Origin: Mobula hypostoma
Taxonomy: Eukaryota
Length of the DNA stretch: 64,000 bases
Reading direction: 5' to 3'
Assembly: GCF_963921235.1 (NCBI RefSeq)
Contig: NC_086108.1
Location: 25,296,001 to 25,360,000, forward strand
The translations under genes and the position numbers were made by a program. The number at the start of each line of letters is the position of its first letter. The first letter of the stretch is position 1. Below the pieces are notes generated by a model, which saw only the letters and a program-made list of their open reading frames with translations, was not told where the DNA came from and did not search any database. Below are positions 49,929 to 63,640 of the stretch, in pieces.

Positions 49929-52324
49929 CAAGAGAGGGTTCACTTTCTCTATGTGACAATTTGTGAATTATTGGTTGACCTTCATAATTTCATCACCTTT
50001 TGCCAAAAATTATAAGTGTGGAGTTGAAATTGTGATTAATCAAAGTTTATGGCCAATACACAAGCAGTGTGGTTCAAAAAGCTTAGCCTAAGTAAAAATT
50101 GGAATCTTTCAGGTTCAGCAAGTTTATAGAGGGAATAAGCATTTTCTTGCTTATAGGAATATTGACTTGCATTTATATTGCGTTTTTAATGTGGTAAAAT
50201 ATACCAAGACTCTCCATACCCATTGACGAGAAACAGGAGGGATAATAAGTTATATAAGCACAGCTTTCAATATTGAAAGAAGAAAACATTTTCAGTTAAA
50301 AATTTGAAGATACCAATTACACCAATCACTTACTGACATGTCTAAAAATGTTTCACTAATTGAAATTCTATGACGTCTATTCATAAGAGAACAAAAGTCG
50401 CAAGGATGCGAACTATGGATTATTAGGCCATTATTATATCATGTTATGGGGCTGCTTCAGATAAGTCAGCAGTATGGCTTAAGTTTATATTCATTGGGAA
50501 TTTTCCAGTAGCACAGCAATCTCTAAATATTTACAGCAGTACTTATGAAGAAAATAGATTCACGTTATGGTTATAACTGAGATGAATATTAATTTAATGG
50601 GCACAGCAAAAATAAAGTTGAAGAGACAGCAGTTGCTTCTGATTGTAAACGCTAACTTTTCTAACTTCAAATTATTAGGATGGAAAATGCTATTCCAATT
50701 TATATAGGACTGCAGCTGAGAAAGACATTCACACTGGATTTCTTCTTATCTTCTCCATTACTGTCAGAGCACTTAAACGTAAGGGCCCAAGAATGCTGTC
50801 AAAATATCCGTGCGGCTGACAGGGACCACGGTTATTTAAGAGCTAACTTTGTACAGGGAAGATGGGATTGGATAGCAGGGAGGGGAATGAGTGCAGGGGC
50901 ACAACTTGATGTGAAAATGGAGAATCTGCCAGCTGAAGATGTGTCACTTCTCTACTACCTTTCTCAAACAGCTTTCTTTTATCTGGCTGCTGATTCAAGA
51001 GCACAGGGGTGCAACATGCTACTGAAGTTCTATTGTAGACACAAAGTGGACTCATCTTTGAAAGATCAGTTTGGTCAATTCCTATCTAAATGCACTTTTA
51101 ATAAAATGTCAAAGACTAGAAATGGTTAGAAAATCAGCCTCACACTGAATTGATGTATTACTGTGTTGAGTCTAAATCTTCAATTCTTAAACGTTGTGGA
51201 AAATATCAAAAATACTTTTTTTCCCTCTGCCCCTTTCTTAATTTATACATAATTTTCCTTTCTTCATTTCTTTTCCTGTTTCTGAACTGATTTGGAAGAC
51301 ATTGCTCCAAATAACATCTCATTCTTCTCATGTCAGCTGTTGTTTTCATAATTTCTCAGTCAGACTTTTTAAGGAGGCAGACAATTGCTCAGAATATTGG
51401 TTCAGTTCTCAAGTGCCCCGCATGAGGCATCTCACACTGTTTCCATCTCATTCCTCCAGTAATGCACCGCACAAAGTATTATTAAAATTAAACAAGTAAA
51501 GTCAAATTAAGCTACTGAATAATTCTACCCTCCTTGGTGCTTATGAATTTTTAGAGCCTGACTGGAGTACAAGTGATAATTTAGCAGCTCATCGGCATGA
51601 CATTAGAATGCGTTTGCAGCTGCAACTTGAGGTAGACTGACAAATAAATCCACAAAGAAATTACTGAGCAATTTGACAGAAGTTTGTTTACAGCATTTAA
51701 AACAAAGCAGACTTGAATGTATAACTGTGCTTTGTTAAAGCAGGCTATCATAATAAAACTAGATGAGAACTAGAGTTTGTATTCCAAGCACACATCTCCA
51801 GCTTTGAAATCTGAAGGGTGGTGTAGGTGTTAAAAGCACACTATTTGTTTACCTGTTCACTGCAATGACGGCAATCAACCTATAAAGGTTACACTCAGTT
51901 GGTTCCAAAGGGCAGGCCGTGGTTCCTGCATGCCTGACATTCGATTCCCAAGACAAACATTGTTCTGAAATCTGCTTAAGCAATAGATCACCAGGTGGAT
52001 TGAAGAAAAGATACAAGTTGTGCTCAGAGTTGCCTTGAAAAAGATGCAACCCTCACATTGATTCCTGGCAATCTGTGGCCAGTAATCAGTCAGAGTGGAA
52101 AAGAATTCCAGCTGAAATTTTAAAAATAAGAATTTGGAGCACCCAGAGACCACAGAGACTCCGTGTAAGCAGTAGGAGCAATGTGGCACCTCAAAAAGCA
52201 CCCAAGTAGCTGCCCACCAAGTAGTTCCTGCTCCATCTTCGATCTCCACAATGGTCTTATTGACTACACACCCCCACCAACCTGAGGAAGAAAGTGTCAT
52301 AAAAATTGTTGTTTTGGGGTGGTA

Positions 52325-53460
52325 GTAGATTACAATACATAATAATAAGGGAAGAAGCTGTTCCTGAAACATTAAGTGTGTGTCTTCAGGCTCCTGTACC
52401 TCCCCCTTGATGGTAGCAATGAGAAGAGGGCATGTACTGGGTGATGGAGTTCCATAATGATGGATGCCGCTTTTGAAGGCATCGTCTTTTGAAGGTGACC
52501 TCAGTGCTGGGGATGCTCATACCGTGATAGAGATGGCTGAGTTTGCAACTTCCTGTGGCTTTTTCTGATCCTGTGCAGCCCCTCCATACCAGATGGTGAT
52601 GCAACCAGTTAGAATGCTCTTCACATCTGTAGAAATTTGCGAGTGTCTTTGATGACATAACAATTCTCCTCAAGCTCCTAATGAAATATAGCCACTGTCA
52701 TGCCCTCTTTTTAATCGCATCAGTATGTTGGGCTGAGGATAAAACTTCAGAGATGTCGACACCCAGAAACTTGAAACTGCTCACCTTTTCCCCTGCTGAT
52801 CCCTCGTTGAGGCCTGGTGTGTGTTCCCTCAAATTCTCCTTCCTTTAGTCCACAATCAATTCCCCGGTCTTACTGACGTTGAGTGCAAGGTTGTTGTTGT
52901 GGCGCCACTCAACCAGCTGATCTATCTCACTCCTGTACACCTCCTCGTCACCATCTGAAATTCTGCCAACAATAGTTGTGCCATTGGCAAGGTTATAGAC
53001 TGCGTTTGAGCTGCGCTTGGCCACACAATCATAGGTGTAGAGAGAGTAGAGTAGTGGGCTAATCATGAGGTGAGCCAGTGCTGATTGCCAGCAAGGAGGA
53101 GACGTTATTTCTGATCTGTACAGACTGTGGTTTCCCAGAGAGAAAGCCAAGGATCCAATTGTGGAGGGAGGTATAGAGGCCCAGGATTTGGAGCTTGTTG
53201 ATTAGAACTGAGGGTATGATTGTGTTGAATACTGAGCTGTAATCAATAAACAGAAGCCTGACACGGATATTACTATTGTCCAAGGCCGAGTGGAGAGCCA
53301 GTGAAATTGTATTAACTGTAGATCTATGTGGCAACAGTCAAACTGCAGCAGGTCCAGGTCGTTGCATAGTCAGGAGCTGATTCTGACCATTACCAAACTC
53401 TCAAAGCAATCCATCACAGTGGATGGGAGTGTCACTGGGTTGTAGTGGTGAAGGCAGCTC
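52325..53460 (-). mobile_element. Rex1/Babar LINE fragment
   Basis: [39 protein letters not shown]. Confidence 0.85.
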
Positions 53461-53519
53461 GCCCTACAGGACAAAATCAATGTAATAGAATCTTATGAAA
53501 ATCTATACATAAAGACTGG

Positions 53520-54790
53520 CAAACAATCGATGTGCAAAGGAAGACATACTGTACAATAAAATAATATGGAGAACATGAATTTTAAAGAGTCCTTAAAAGT
53601 GAGTGTGTAGGTCATAGAATCAGTTCAGAGTAGTGGTGATTGTATTTATCCATGCCAGTTCAGGATCCTGGTGGCTTTAGAGTAATAACTGTTCTTGAAC
53701 CTGGTGGCATGGGAAATAGATTAATGTACCTCCTGCCTTATGGTAGTAGTGTGAAGAGGGCGTAGCCTGAATGGTGGGACTTTTGATGATGAATGGTGCC
53801 TTCTTGTGGCAGTGCTCCAAGTAAATGTACTCAATGGTGAGAAGGGTGTTGCCTCCGATGGACTGGGCTGTATCCAATATTTTCTGCAGGCTTTTCCATT
53901 CCTGGACATTGGTGTTTCCATACCAGGCCATGATGCAATCAGTGAGGATACTCTCCACTGTACATCTGTAGATGTTTGTCAAAGTTTTTGGTGACATGCC
54001 AAATCTGTGCAAACTTCTAAGAAAGTAGAGACATTGCCATGTGTTCTTTATGATGCCACTTATGTGCTGGGGGCAGAACAGATCCTTGCCAAGGAGTTTA
54101 AAGCTACTGACCTTTTCCATCTCATTATCCCTAATGAGGACAGCTCATAGACATCAGGCGTCTTCATCCTGCAGTTGGTAATCAGCTCTTTGGGTTTTGT
54201 TGACGTTGAGTGAGAACTTGTTGTTGGAGCACCATTCAAATAGATTTCTCAATCTCCTTTCTATCTGCCGATTTGTCACCATCATTGATTAGGTCAACAG
54301 CAGTGATGTCATCAGAAAACAAATGTGGCATTTGAGCTGCAATTAGCCACACAATCATAAGTATAAAGTGAGTAGAGCAGGGGCCTAAGCATACAGCCTT
54401 GTGGTGCACCTGTGCTGATGGAGATTGTGGAGGAGATGTTGTTATACTAACTGGGATCAGCCGGTGAGAAAATTGAGAGTCCTGTGACCAAGGCACATGT
54501 CTTGGAGCTTAGTAGTGAGCTTCAAGGGGATGATAGTGATGAATGCTGAGTTGTAGTCAATGAAGAGGACTGTGGCACTTGCAACTCCATTGTCTGGGTG
54601 TTTCAAAGCTGAGATAAAAGCCAATGAAATGGCATCTGCTATTGACTTCTTAGGCAAATTGGAACAAATCCAATCGGAGTTGATATGTTTCAAAACCAAT
54701 CTTTTGAAGCACTTCTTCAGAATACATTAAAAGGTTCAAAGTACATTTATTATCAAAGTACATATGCAGTATATACTACTACCCACAGGT
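53520..54790 (-). mobile_element. Rex1/Babar LINE fragment(s)
   Basis: LFIDYNSAF; FLRSL.RFGMSPKTL.N.YRCTVESILT.CI.AWYGN. Confidence 0.82.
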
Positions 54791-55171
54791 AGCCATGAAA
54801 AAAAGAAAAAGTAGCTTGTAACTGCTACTAGATGTAATGAAACCTACTATGGCAGTGCATCTTACAACAAAGCTCTCTTTGGCCATTATATTTGTGTGGC
54901 TGATTTAGGAGCACAGAAGTTGCCTTATGTTTAAAAAAAATAATTTAGGGAGTAATGTTAATGTTCATGCCATCAGATTGGATGCTACCTTGATGGAATG
55001 TGAGATGTATATTCAACAATCTGAGTTTGGCCTTCCATCGGATGGCATGAGCATCATTTTCTCTAACTTTCAGTAATTTCTCCCCCTCCCTCTTTTACTT
55101 CTTCCCCTCCCCTCCTCATTCTTAGTCTGTCTTCTGACCTCTTCCTTTTCAGTCTTGCCTGAAATGCTGAC

Positions 55172-56282
55172 TGTTTCACGGTCCAGTCCATGAAGTCCGC
55201 ATTACGGTTCACAGTCAGGTCCGTCGATCCGTATTCCAGGTTTTCCAGTTTTCCATTGTTCCGTTTGGTGCTCTAATTAAGGCACATGATTCGCGTTTGG
55301 GCAGGCACATAAATACCTCCGGAGATGGGCTTGGCTACTGGATTGTTTCTGTCCAAACCATCTGTCTCTGCCCCTTCCTTCTGAAGCCTTGCCCTGTAAC
55401 CTGTGTCTCAAGCCTTGGCTCGCCTGTAACCCTTGCCTGCACCGCTGTCAAGTTCAACTGCTGGAGCAAGATAACGAATTGTCTATTGTTGTTTTGAACT
55501 GTCTCTGTGTCCATGCCCTCACTAGGTAGGTATCTGGCTGTTTGCCACTACCTAGTGTTGAGAACTGTCTCTGTGTCCACACCGTCGCTAGGTAGGTCCA
55601 GCTGTTTGCTGCTACCTTGTGTTGGGAACTGTCTCTTTGTACCCTCACCTCCACTGGGTAGGTCTGGCCGTTTGCTGCTACCTTGAGTGGAGATCTGTCT
55701 CTCAAGATTACCAAGGCTCGTGTGTTCCTGCCTCCCTTGACCAAGGCTCTGAGTTCCTGCCTCACTGGACCAAGTCAAGGCTTCGTGTTCTCCCTGTCCA
55801 TGTGCCTCACCCAGCCTGGTGCTGGGGTTCCCTCATCCTGTCTGAGAGTCTCTGGTCCTGTCCAAGCCACATTCAAGAGTCTCTCATCCTGTCCAAGCCA
55901 AAGCTTTGTGCTCTTGTCCTGTGCAGGAGTTCCACATTCTGTCGTAGTCCTGTCTCCCAAGACCACATCATGTCCTCACCATGAAGAACCCAAGCCATGT
56001 CCAGTCCTGTAGCCACGTCATGTCCTCGCCTAGTTCCGGAGTTCCGTGTCATTAGTCCAGGCTCCTTGTTCCTAGCTCATTGTCCGGGTTCTGTGTTTCT
56101 TGTCCATGTCCTAGCCCGGGCCCTGTATCCTAGCCTCGTCCAGGGCCTGTGTCCAGCATCGTTTCTTCCCCACTTCCCTTGCTTTCTTGACACACCTAGT
56201 CCTGTTCCTAGCACTTCAGTGTCTGTGTCCTGCATTTGGGTCCGCTCCAAGCCGCCCCCCCCCCCACCGCCACCCTGTGACA
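55172..56282 (+). mobile_element. Solo LTR (~1.1 kb) inserted in a Penelope pLTR remnant
   Basis: TGT..TGTGACA termini, terminal ctgcatttgggtcc, TATA-like cataaata at ~55308. The host motif gaaatgctgac|tgtttattcccctccatagatgct is split with GAC duplicated. Confidence 0.7.
55496..55702 (+). repeat. ~65-bp tandem repeat, about 3.2 copies, inside the solo LTR
   Basis: GAACTGTCTCT at 55496, 55562 and 55626, and a partial unit near 55691. Confidence 0.85.
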
Positions 56283-56449
56283 GACTGTTTATTCCCCTCC
56301 ATAGATGCTCCAGCATGTCCATTTCCAGATGGTTAGTTGTCTCATTGAAGAATGAGAACTGGCCTGAAACCTATGTGACGTGAATATTACGTGTTACTAA
56401 GTGTCCCAACCTGAACATTGGATATTTAGCAGGCAGAAATGGGTGGCTG

Positions 56450-57420
56450 CATTTGCTGAAGAGGTGCAAATAAAAGTAACATTGTTCAATCATCAGCAAA
56501 CATTCCATTTCTGACCTTGTAATGGAAAAAGGTGCTGCTGATGAAATGGTTGAAGATGGTTGGGCCTCGGACACTGCCCTGTGAAGCCCCTACGGTGAAG
56601 CTCTGGAGCTGGGATGACTGACACCCAACAACTGCAAACTTCTTCCTTTCAGTCAGGTATGACTCCATCCATTGGTGTGTCTTCCAATTAATGCCCATTG
56701 GCTTCACTTTAACCAGGATTTGTTTTTAGTTACACTCATTCAAATGTGGGAAGGCAAACCACTCAGTTGCCATATTCCACATTCAGGAGATTTGGACCAA
56801 GTCTGCCATGAGCTTTGAAGTTGAATCATACCAGTGAAACCAACGTGAGCTTTGGTAAACAGATAATTGATACATTGATAGCACTATTGACACAAACTCA
56901 ACGGTCTCAAGACTGAAGGTTGACAGCTTGTGCAGCAATTAGCCAGCATGGATGTGTGGATGTATCCTGTTTTGTATGAAGAGTGTTTACTTTGGGCAGT
57001 TTGCCAAGTTGTCACCTAGATACCATTTTGTAACTGGAAGAGCTTTGCTGGTAGTATGGCTATTTCTGGAGAGCAGTTGAGAAATTGCTTTGTCATATAG
57101 CTTTTACTGTGCTCATGCTCTCGTCTACTTCTTGATATCATGTGGTGTGAGTTGCAATGATTGAAGTCTGGCTTCTATGGTGATGGGGAACTTGGGGGGA
57201 AGCCAACTTATCATTTTGGTTTAACTTCATTGCAAATGTCTCTACTACTTACATAATGTACTTTATCATTTTTGATATGGGATGTTCTTGGAGCCTCCTT
57301 CTCACAGAAGGTATCGAATTGTCCATCATTATCTCAACCAGATGTAATAGGACAGCAGATTTTCACACTTATCCATTGGTTGTGGTATCACTCAGCTCTG
57401 TCTATTGCATGGTGCTTTAG
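56450..57420 (-). mobile_element. Ancient L2/CR1-group LINE RT remnant
   Basis: W.ESYLT.RK..VV......GA.QGSV.GPT.F..FI...MFADD; the boundaries are approximate. Confidence 0.65.
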
Positions 57421-59856
57421 ACCTGATGCAATGCAATATAATGGGGCCTGAATAATCTCTTAGGTGACTCACCTGAAGGTACTGAACCACCACCAAACTG
57501 GCAAAATTTTATTTAATAAAATAAAGCTAACAATGAACTGATAACACCTAATGACATTTCTTATGGATTCTTAATGCTAACCAAACATGAACGGTGAGTT
57601 AAACAGCGTGGATTGGAACTGTTCTTACGTGAAACTTATAGCAAGTTTGTATTGATGACCAATACTCAATCAAAACAGAAACTCCATTTAGAGCTATTTT
57701 CAAAAGCAGAATAAGTTTGTCATTTCAGGGAGATTTTCCAGAATGATTTTACTTCGTTAAGACATTTAATACTTTAACAAACTCTGTTGAATCACAGAAC
57801 TGTGATGCCAAGGTGTGATTTGCACAAGAATAATTTCCAGTGATAGGAATCATTATCAGGGACAAGTTTTTATCATCTAAAAATCCAATGTGCTCTGAAA
57901 AATCTAGATGACAGCAAGTCACTTCTATACCCATTTGATAAGAAATTGACTAACTGCTGGGTAAATGAAGGTAGAACTTTGTTATATAACTACACTACAG
58001 ACTGTATTTCCTAGTCATCACAGATAAATTTCTAATTATCTCACATCTCTTGCAGCCCAATGATTGTTTGGGTTGTACAATGATGTTAATTATTCATTTG
58101 GTAGTTGACTGTCAACTAACCTGAATACTTGTTGTGTCTGAATGTAACTTCACACACTGTTCATAGCTAATCATAGGTAGAAAATCAGGTGCAACCATTA
58201 TAATTAGTGTCAGCATTTCTGGGCTTTGGAAAAGGAAATTGGCCAGTGCTGTTTCCTCTAGTGCTGTACAGCTGTACGACTCCGCTTGCACAGTCTCGTT
58301 CAGAAGGGGTGGTGGAGAGGAAAATCATACAGCCATTTTCTATATTTTATGACACAGCACGTATCAAGGTGGAGACCAAGTCTGAAGAGAATCCATATGG
58401 AACAAGGTTTGTTGATGAGCAAGGCTACAAGGATGTTGAATGATTAATTCATGAATGTTATCTCACCAGTGAAAACAATTACATCAATATACCACCAATT
58501 CTGTATCTGCTTTAGAGCTTGTTTACCTATGGCGAAAGGGATTAAAAGATTCAAAGTGCATTTATTATCGAAGTATGCATGCAGTATACAACCCTGAAAT
58601 TCGTCTTCCCTGAGGCAGCCACAAAACAAAGAAACACATCGAAGATACAATACACAAAAAAAGGAATTGTACAAACGGCAAAAAATGAGTGAATGACACA
58701 CAGAATATTAAACATCAAACAGCAAAGTACTTGAAACAGTCTAGCAATGTTCAGTTTAATTTGGTTCAGATTAATTTAGCATTGTCATTTGTTGACTGAA
58801 GGTCACAGAGCCAGTCCGTGTCGCAGTGCCCTGATCAAAATCACACAAAATAGCCAATAATTTGTATCTAAAAATGATCTAACTCATAAGAACTGCAGTC
58901 TTCAAACTGAGGAAAGTTTCTCTGATTGTTTAAGTTAGATAATCCTCATGTCTATAAGACATATCATTTTACAATAACATATCCTCATTTCAAAGAGCAT
59001 TTTTTTTGATGATAGCTTAACGAACTAAAACTGGTAGGCATCACAGACCAAAGCTGGATATATAATTAAATAATGGGAAGGAACTGAGGCTAAGCATTGT
59101 GAAAAATATCGATGTTATCTCAATGTTCAAGCAGGGGCAATTTCTTGTCACTGATACACAAAGTAGAAACTTGAATGGTGGCCTCAGTGTGCAATGATTA
59201 AAGTCAGATGACTAAACTTCTCTCATCTTTAAGCTTCTGTGCCCTCCTCCTAAGCACACTTATATGTTTCATCTCATCCCACTCCCAGTGTTCCACATGC
59301 TACCAGTCTTTTGATAAAGAAATCTCTCTAAACATTAAGAGATGCATGTCCTCACTGGGAGATTAGAATTTATCAGGAAGACATGGGGTCCGGACATTCA
59401 AAGAAATGCAGAGGAATGTAGCAAAACTAGTTCCAATGCCAAGTGAGCAGGGCAATTTAAAAAATGCAATAATAAACAGACTACTCAAAGATAATGAGGT
59501 ACTTATGGCAGCAGAGGAGTGGCACTGCTGGCAGAGCCATCACCTCACAGCTCTGATGACCCAAGTTCAGTCCTGGCCTCCGATGCTGTCTGTGTAGAGT
59601 CTGCATGGCGTGACTACCTGATTTTCCTCTCATGCTCTGATCCAAAGATCAGCCGATTGTTTGGTTGATTGCTGTACAGGTAAGCTGTAGAATAAGGAAT
59701 GGTGGTGGAAAGTAGTTCATGAGAATGTGAAAAGAATCCATTTGCAGGGAATATAAGTGGGTGACTGGGATTGCTCTGGCAGCTAACATGATTTCAATGG
59801 GCTGAATATTCTCTTTCATATGGAAAGATGGGAATATTTCAAAGTTATACAAGGAC

Positions 59857-60133
59857 AACATGGTAGCATAGTGGGTAGCAGAATGCTTTACAGTACCAGT
59901 AACTCAGGTTCAATTCCCACCACCCCCTGTAAGAATTGGTATGTTCGCCTCATGACCGTGTGGGTTTCCAGCGGATGCTCCGATTTCCTTACACAGGCCA
60001 AAGACATACCAGTTAGTAGGTTAATTGGTCGTTGTTAATTGTCCCCTGGTTAGGCTGGGGTTAAATAGGTGGATTGCTGGGCGGCACGGCTTGGAGGGCC
60101 TGTTCAGTGCTGTACCTCAATAAATAAATAAAT
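59857..60133 (+). mobile_element. tRNA-derived HE1-like SINE
   Basis: tagcatagtgg A-box, ggttcaattcc B-box, gtgggtttcc..gatgctccgatttcc body, (AAAT)n tail. An older related copy lies at ~59510-59810. Confidence 0.8.
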
Positions 60134-60959
60134 ATGCTAAGCAAAATACGAAGTAACTGTTCAGCAGACCTTAAGGTATGTTAACGTAACTTGGTAGAGG
60201 TTAGGAAGGCAGGGAAAGTATATTTCTCCACACAGTTGCTGCGAATTTGCTGCCATGAGGCAAAAGGTTTTGTTTTTTAAAATCTCTTTGTTATGCATTC
60301 CATGGGGAAGACCAGCATACATTGTCCATTGCTAGTTGCCCCGAGAGCTGCTTTGTATATTTTAGTAGTTTGCTGGAATACAATTAAAGGTCAATCCCAT
60401 CACTTAAGCTCCTTAATAACAAGCAAAGCCAAACCAAAAAAAAGGCAGCCACTGCTTCTTTTATCTGTTGTGTATTTTTGTAATAATGAGTTGTTCTACA
60501 ATCATTATTAACAATGCTGCCTTTTTGTTATGGATTTACTTAGTCAATTAAACAAATGTGATTTTCCCAGGAATTTGAAATCCTGATGCTTGACAATCAC
60601 TTGGATCGATGAATTATTACTCCAGAGACATCACCAGCATATCATCTAATTCCATATTCTGGTACCACTAAAGAAACAACAAGAAACTGAAATAAACAGT
60701 TGAAATTGTAAAGTTTGTGTTCAGGACGGTGGCATCATATTGCCTGAAGTGATTTATCCAACCAAATCCATGTTTTGATTGATTGCAAATTCAGTGTGAG
60801 AAACACAAAGAAATTTCTATCATGTTGAGTACGGGACACAGTGAATGTGGTGAGTGATGAATCAAATTCTTTTCTTCTGTGCCATAAACTTTGATGATCC
60901 TAAGTTATAAATTGACACAAATACATACAACTGAAGTATGAAGGATAATGTAAGATATA

Positions 60960-61453
60960 TATTCAGCGGCCTCTTTATAAGGTACCTCTGTGCCTAACAT
61001 AGTGGCCAGTGAGTGTATGTTTGTGGTCTCCCGCTGCTGTAGCCCATCCACTTCAAGGTTCAATGTGTTGTGCCTTCAGAGATGCTCTTCTGCACACCAC
61101 TGGGGTAATCTGTAGTTATCTGAATTACTGTCAGTTTGAACCAGTCTGGCCATTCTCCTCTAATCTTTCTCATTAACAAGCTATCTACAGAACTGCCGCT
61201 CACTGGATGTTCTATTGCTGTGCATGAAAATCCCAGGAGATCAACAGTTTTTGAGATACTCAAACCACACCATCTGGCACCAAAGATTATACCATGGTCA
61301 AAGTCACTTCCTTATTCTGATGTTTGGTCTGAACAACAGCTTGACCATGTCTACATGCCTCTGTGCATTGAGTTGCTGCTACATGATTGGCTGATTAGAT
61401 ATTTGCATTAACAAACTGGTGTTTTGATGTACCTAATAAAGTGCTACTGAGTG
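60960..61453 (-). mobile_element. Non-autonomous Tc1-type element
   Basis: TA-flanked ~26-bp TIRs (tattcagcggcctctttataaggtac / gtacctaataaagtgctactgagtg). The minus strand encodes the Tc1 N-terminal remnant SISKTVDLLGFS...QKSISE.TT. Confidence 0.75.
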
Positions 61454-62069
61454 TATAATTAATAAATGTCAAGGCTGGAAATTTTGGATTACTTCACTGG
61501 ATTTTATCATAATGCCACTATACTTCAGGGAGACAGTATTACTAGCATAGATGTACTAGTCTTGCAATAGAGAGGAACAAATTGATTTCAGCTAAGAATG
61601 AGCTATAGAGGATTTAGCTCTGTGCACACTGATGCAAAATGAAGTAATTATAACCAAGCACAGAAACTGTAATTGAGTCTGTTAAAATATTTGCATTGAA
61701 TAACTAGTCAACAACTGAAAAATCATTTTAGGGTAAAACAGCAATTTCAAAAGCAACTTGAAGTGATAAAATATAGAATGTTCTAAATATACATCCTGTT
61801 GGGAAGAAGTGCTAGGAATATGTCCAAGTGGTCTATGTAGTCTTGTGGTGCGGTTTGGAGGGAATCAGATATTTTGAGCAGGGAAGACGTACCAGAGCTA
61901 TCCCAGGTAAAGAATGGATTATAATTGGAAACTGTCCAAGAGATATAAGGAGGCACACATACATCAAAGCAAACATTTTTTCAGAGACTCAGATTTTGAA
62001 AGGCAGTGCTGACAGAGGTCCATGGTATGCAATTGGGTAAACCTCGATTTCTGTAACTGTATTTGGAAG

Positions 62070-63640
62070 TAGAAACATAGAAAATAGGTGCAGGAGTAGG
62101 CCATTCGGCCCTTCGAGCCTGCACTGCCATTCAGTATGATCATGGCTGATCATCCAACTCAGAACCCTATACCAGCCTTCCCTCCATACCCCCTGATCCC
62201 TTTAGCCACAAGGGCCATATCTAACTCCCTCTCAAATATAGCCAATGAACTGGCCTCAACTGTTTCCTGTGGCAGAGAATTCCACAGATTCACCACTCTC
62301 TGTGTGAAGAAGTTTTTCCTAATCTCGGTCCTAAAAGGCTTCCCCTTTATCCTCAAACTGTGACCCCTCGTTCTGGACTTCCCCAACATCGGGAACAATC
62401 TTCCTGCATCTAGCCTGTCCAATTCCTTTAGGATTTTATACGTTTCAATCAGATCCCCCCTCAATCTTCTAAATTCCAACGAGTATAAGCCTAGTTCATC
62501 CAGTCTTTCATTATATGAAAGTCCTGCCATCCCAGGAATCAATCTGGTGAACCTTCTTTGTACTCCCTCTATGGCAAGGATGTCTTTCCTCAGATTAGGG
62601 GACCAAAACTGCACACAATACTCCAGGTGTGGTCTCACCAAGGCTTTGTACAACTGCAGTAGTACCTCCCTGCTCCTGTACTCAAATCATCTTGCTATAA
62701 ATGCCAGGATACCATTCGCCTTTTTCACCGCCTGCTGTACCTGCATGCCCACTTTCAATGACTGGTGTATAATGACACCCAGGTCTCATTGCACTTCCCC
62801 TTTTCCTAATCGGCCACCATTCAGATTATAATCTGTTTTCCTGTTTTTGCCACCAAAGTGGATAACTTCACATTTATCCACATTAAATTGCATCTGCCAT
62901 GAATTTGCCCACTCACCTAACCTATCCAAGTCATCCTGCATCCTCTTAGCATCCTCCTCACAGCTAACACCGCCGCCCAGCTTCGTATCATCTGCAAACT
63001 TGGAGATGCTGCATTTAATTCCCTCATCCAAGTCAATATATTGTAAACAACTGGGGTCCCAGCACTGAGCCTTGCGGTACCCCACTAGTCACCGCCTGCC
63101 ATTCTGAAAAGGTCCCGTTTATTCCCACTCTTTGCTTCCTGTCTGCCAACCAATTCTCTATCCACATCAATACCTAACCCTCAATACCGTGTGCTTTAAG
63201 TTTGCACATTAATCTCCTGCGTGGGACCTTGTCAAAAGCCTTTTGAAAATCCAAATATACCACATCCAATGGTTCTCTCCTATCCACTCTACTAGTTACA
63301 TCCTCAAAAAATTCTTTGAGATTCGTCAGACATGATTTTCCTTTCACAAATCCATGCTGACTTTGTCCGATCATTTCACCGCTTTCCAAATGTGCTGTTA
63401 TCACATCTTTGATAACTGACTCTAGCAGTTTCCCCACCACTGATGTTAGGCTAACCGGTCTATAATTCCCTGATTTCTCTCTCCCTCCTTTTTTAAAAAG
63501 TGGGGTTACATTAGCCACCCTCCAATCCTCAGGAACTAGTCCAGAATCTAAAGAGTTTTGAAAAATTATCACTAATGCATCCACTATTTCTTGGGCTACT
63601 TCCCTAAGCACTCTGGGATGCAGACCATCTGGCCCTGGGG
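62070..63640 (-). mobile_element. Young 5'-truncated CR1 LINE
   Basis: SPGPDGLHPRVL, NYRPVSLTSVVGK, DFQKAFD, FADDTK, RPHLEYCVQFW and a TAGAAACA tail; few disablements. Confidence 0.95.

Noticed and set aside
50680..51129. 149-aa ATG ORF in unique DNA
   Set aside because: No recognisable domain or splice structure; the length is compatible with chance in 64 kb.
58207..58443. Possible exon/ORF (..KVETKSEENPYGTR..)
   Set aside because: Weak donor and no recognised homology.
59857..59930. tRNA gene
   Set aside because: The A/B boxes belong to a SINE head, there is no full cloverleaf, and it continues into a SINE body and tail.
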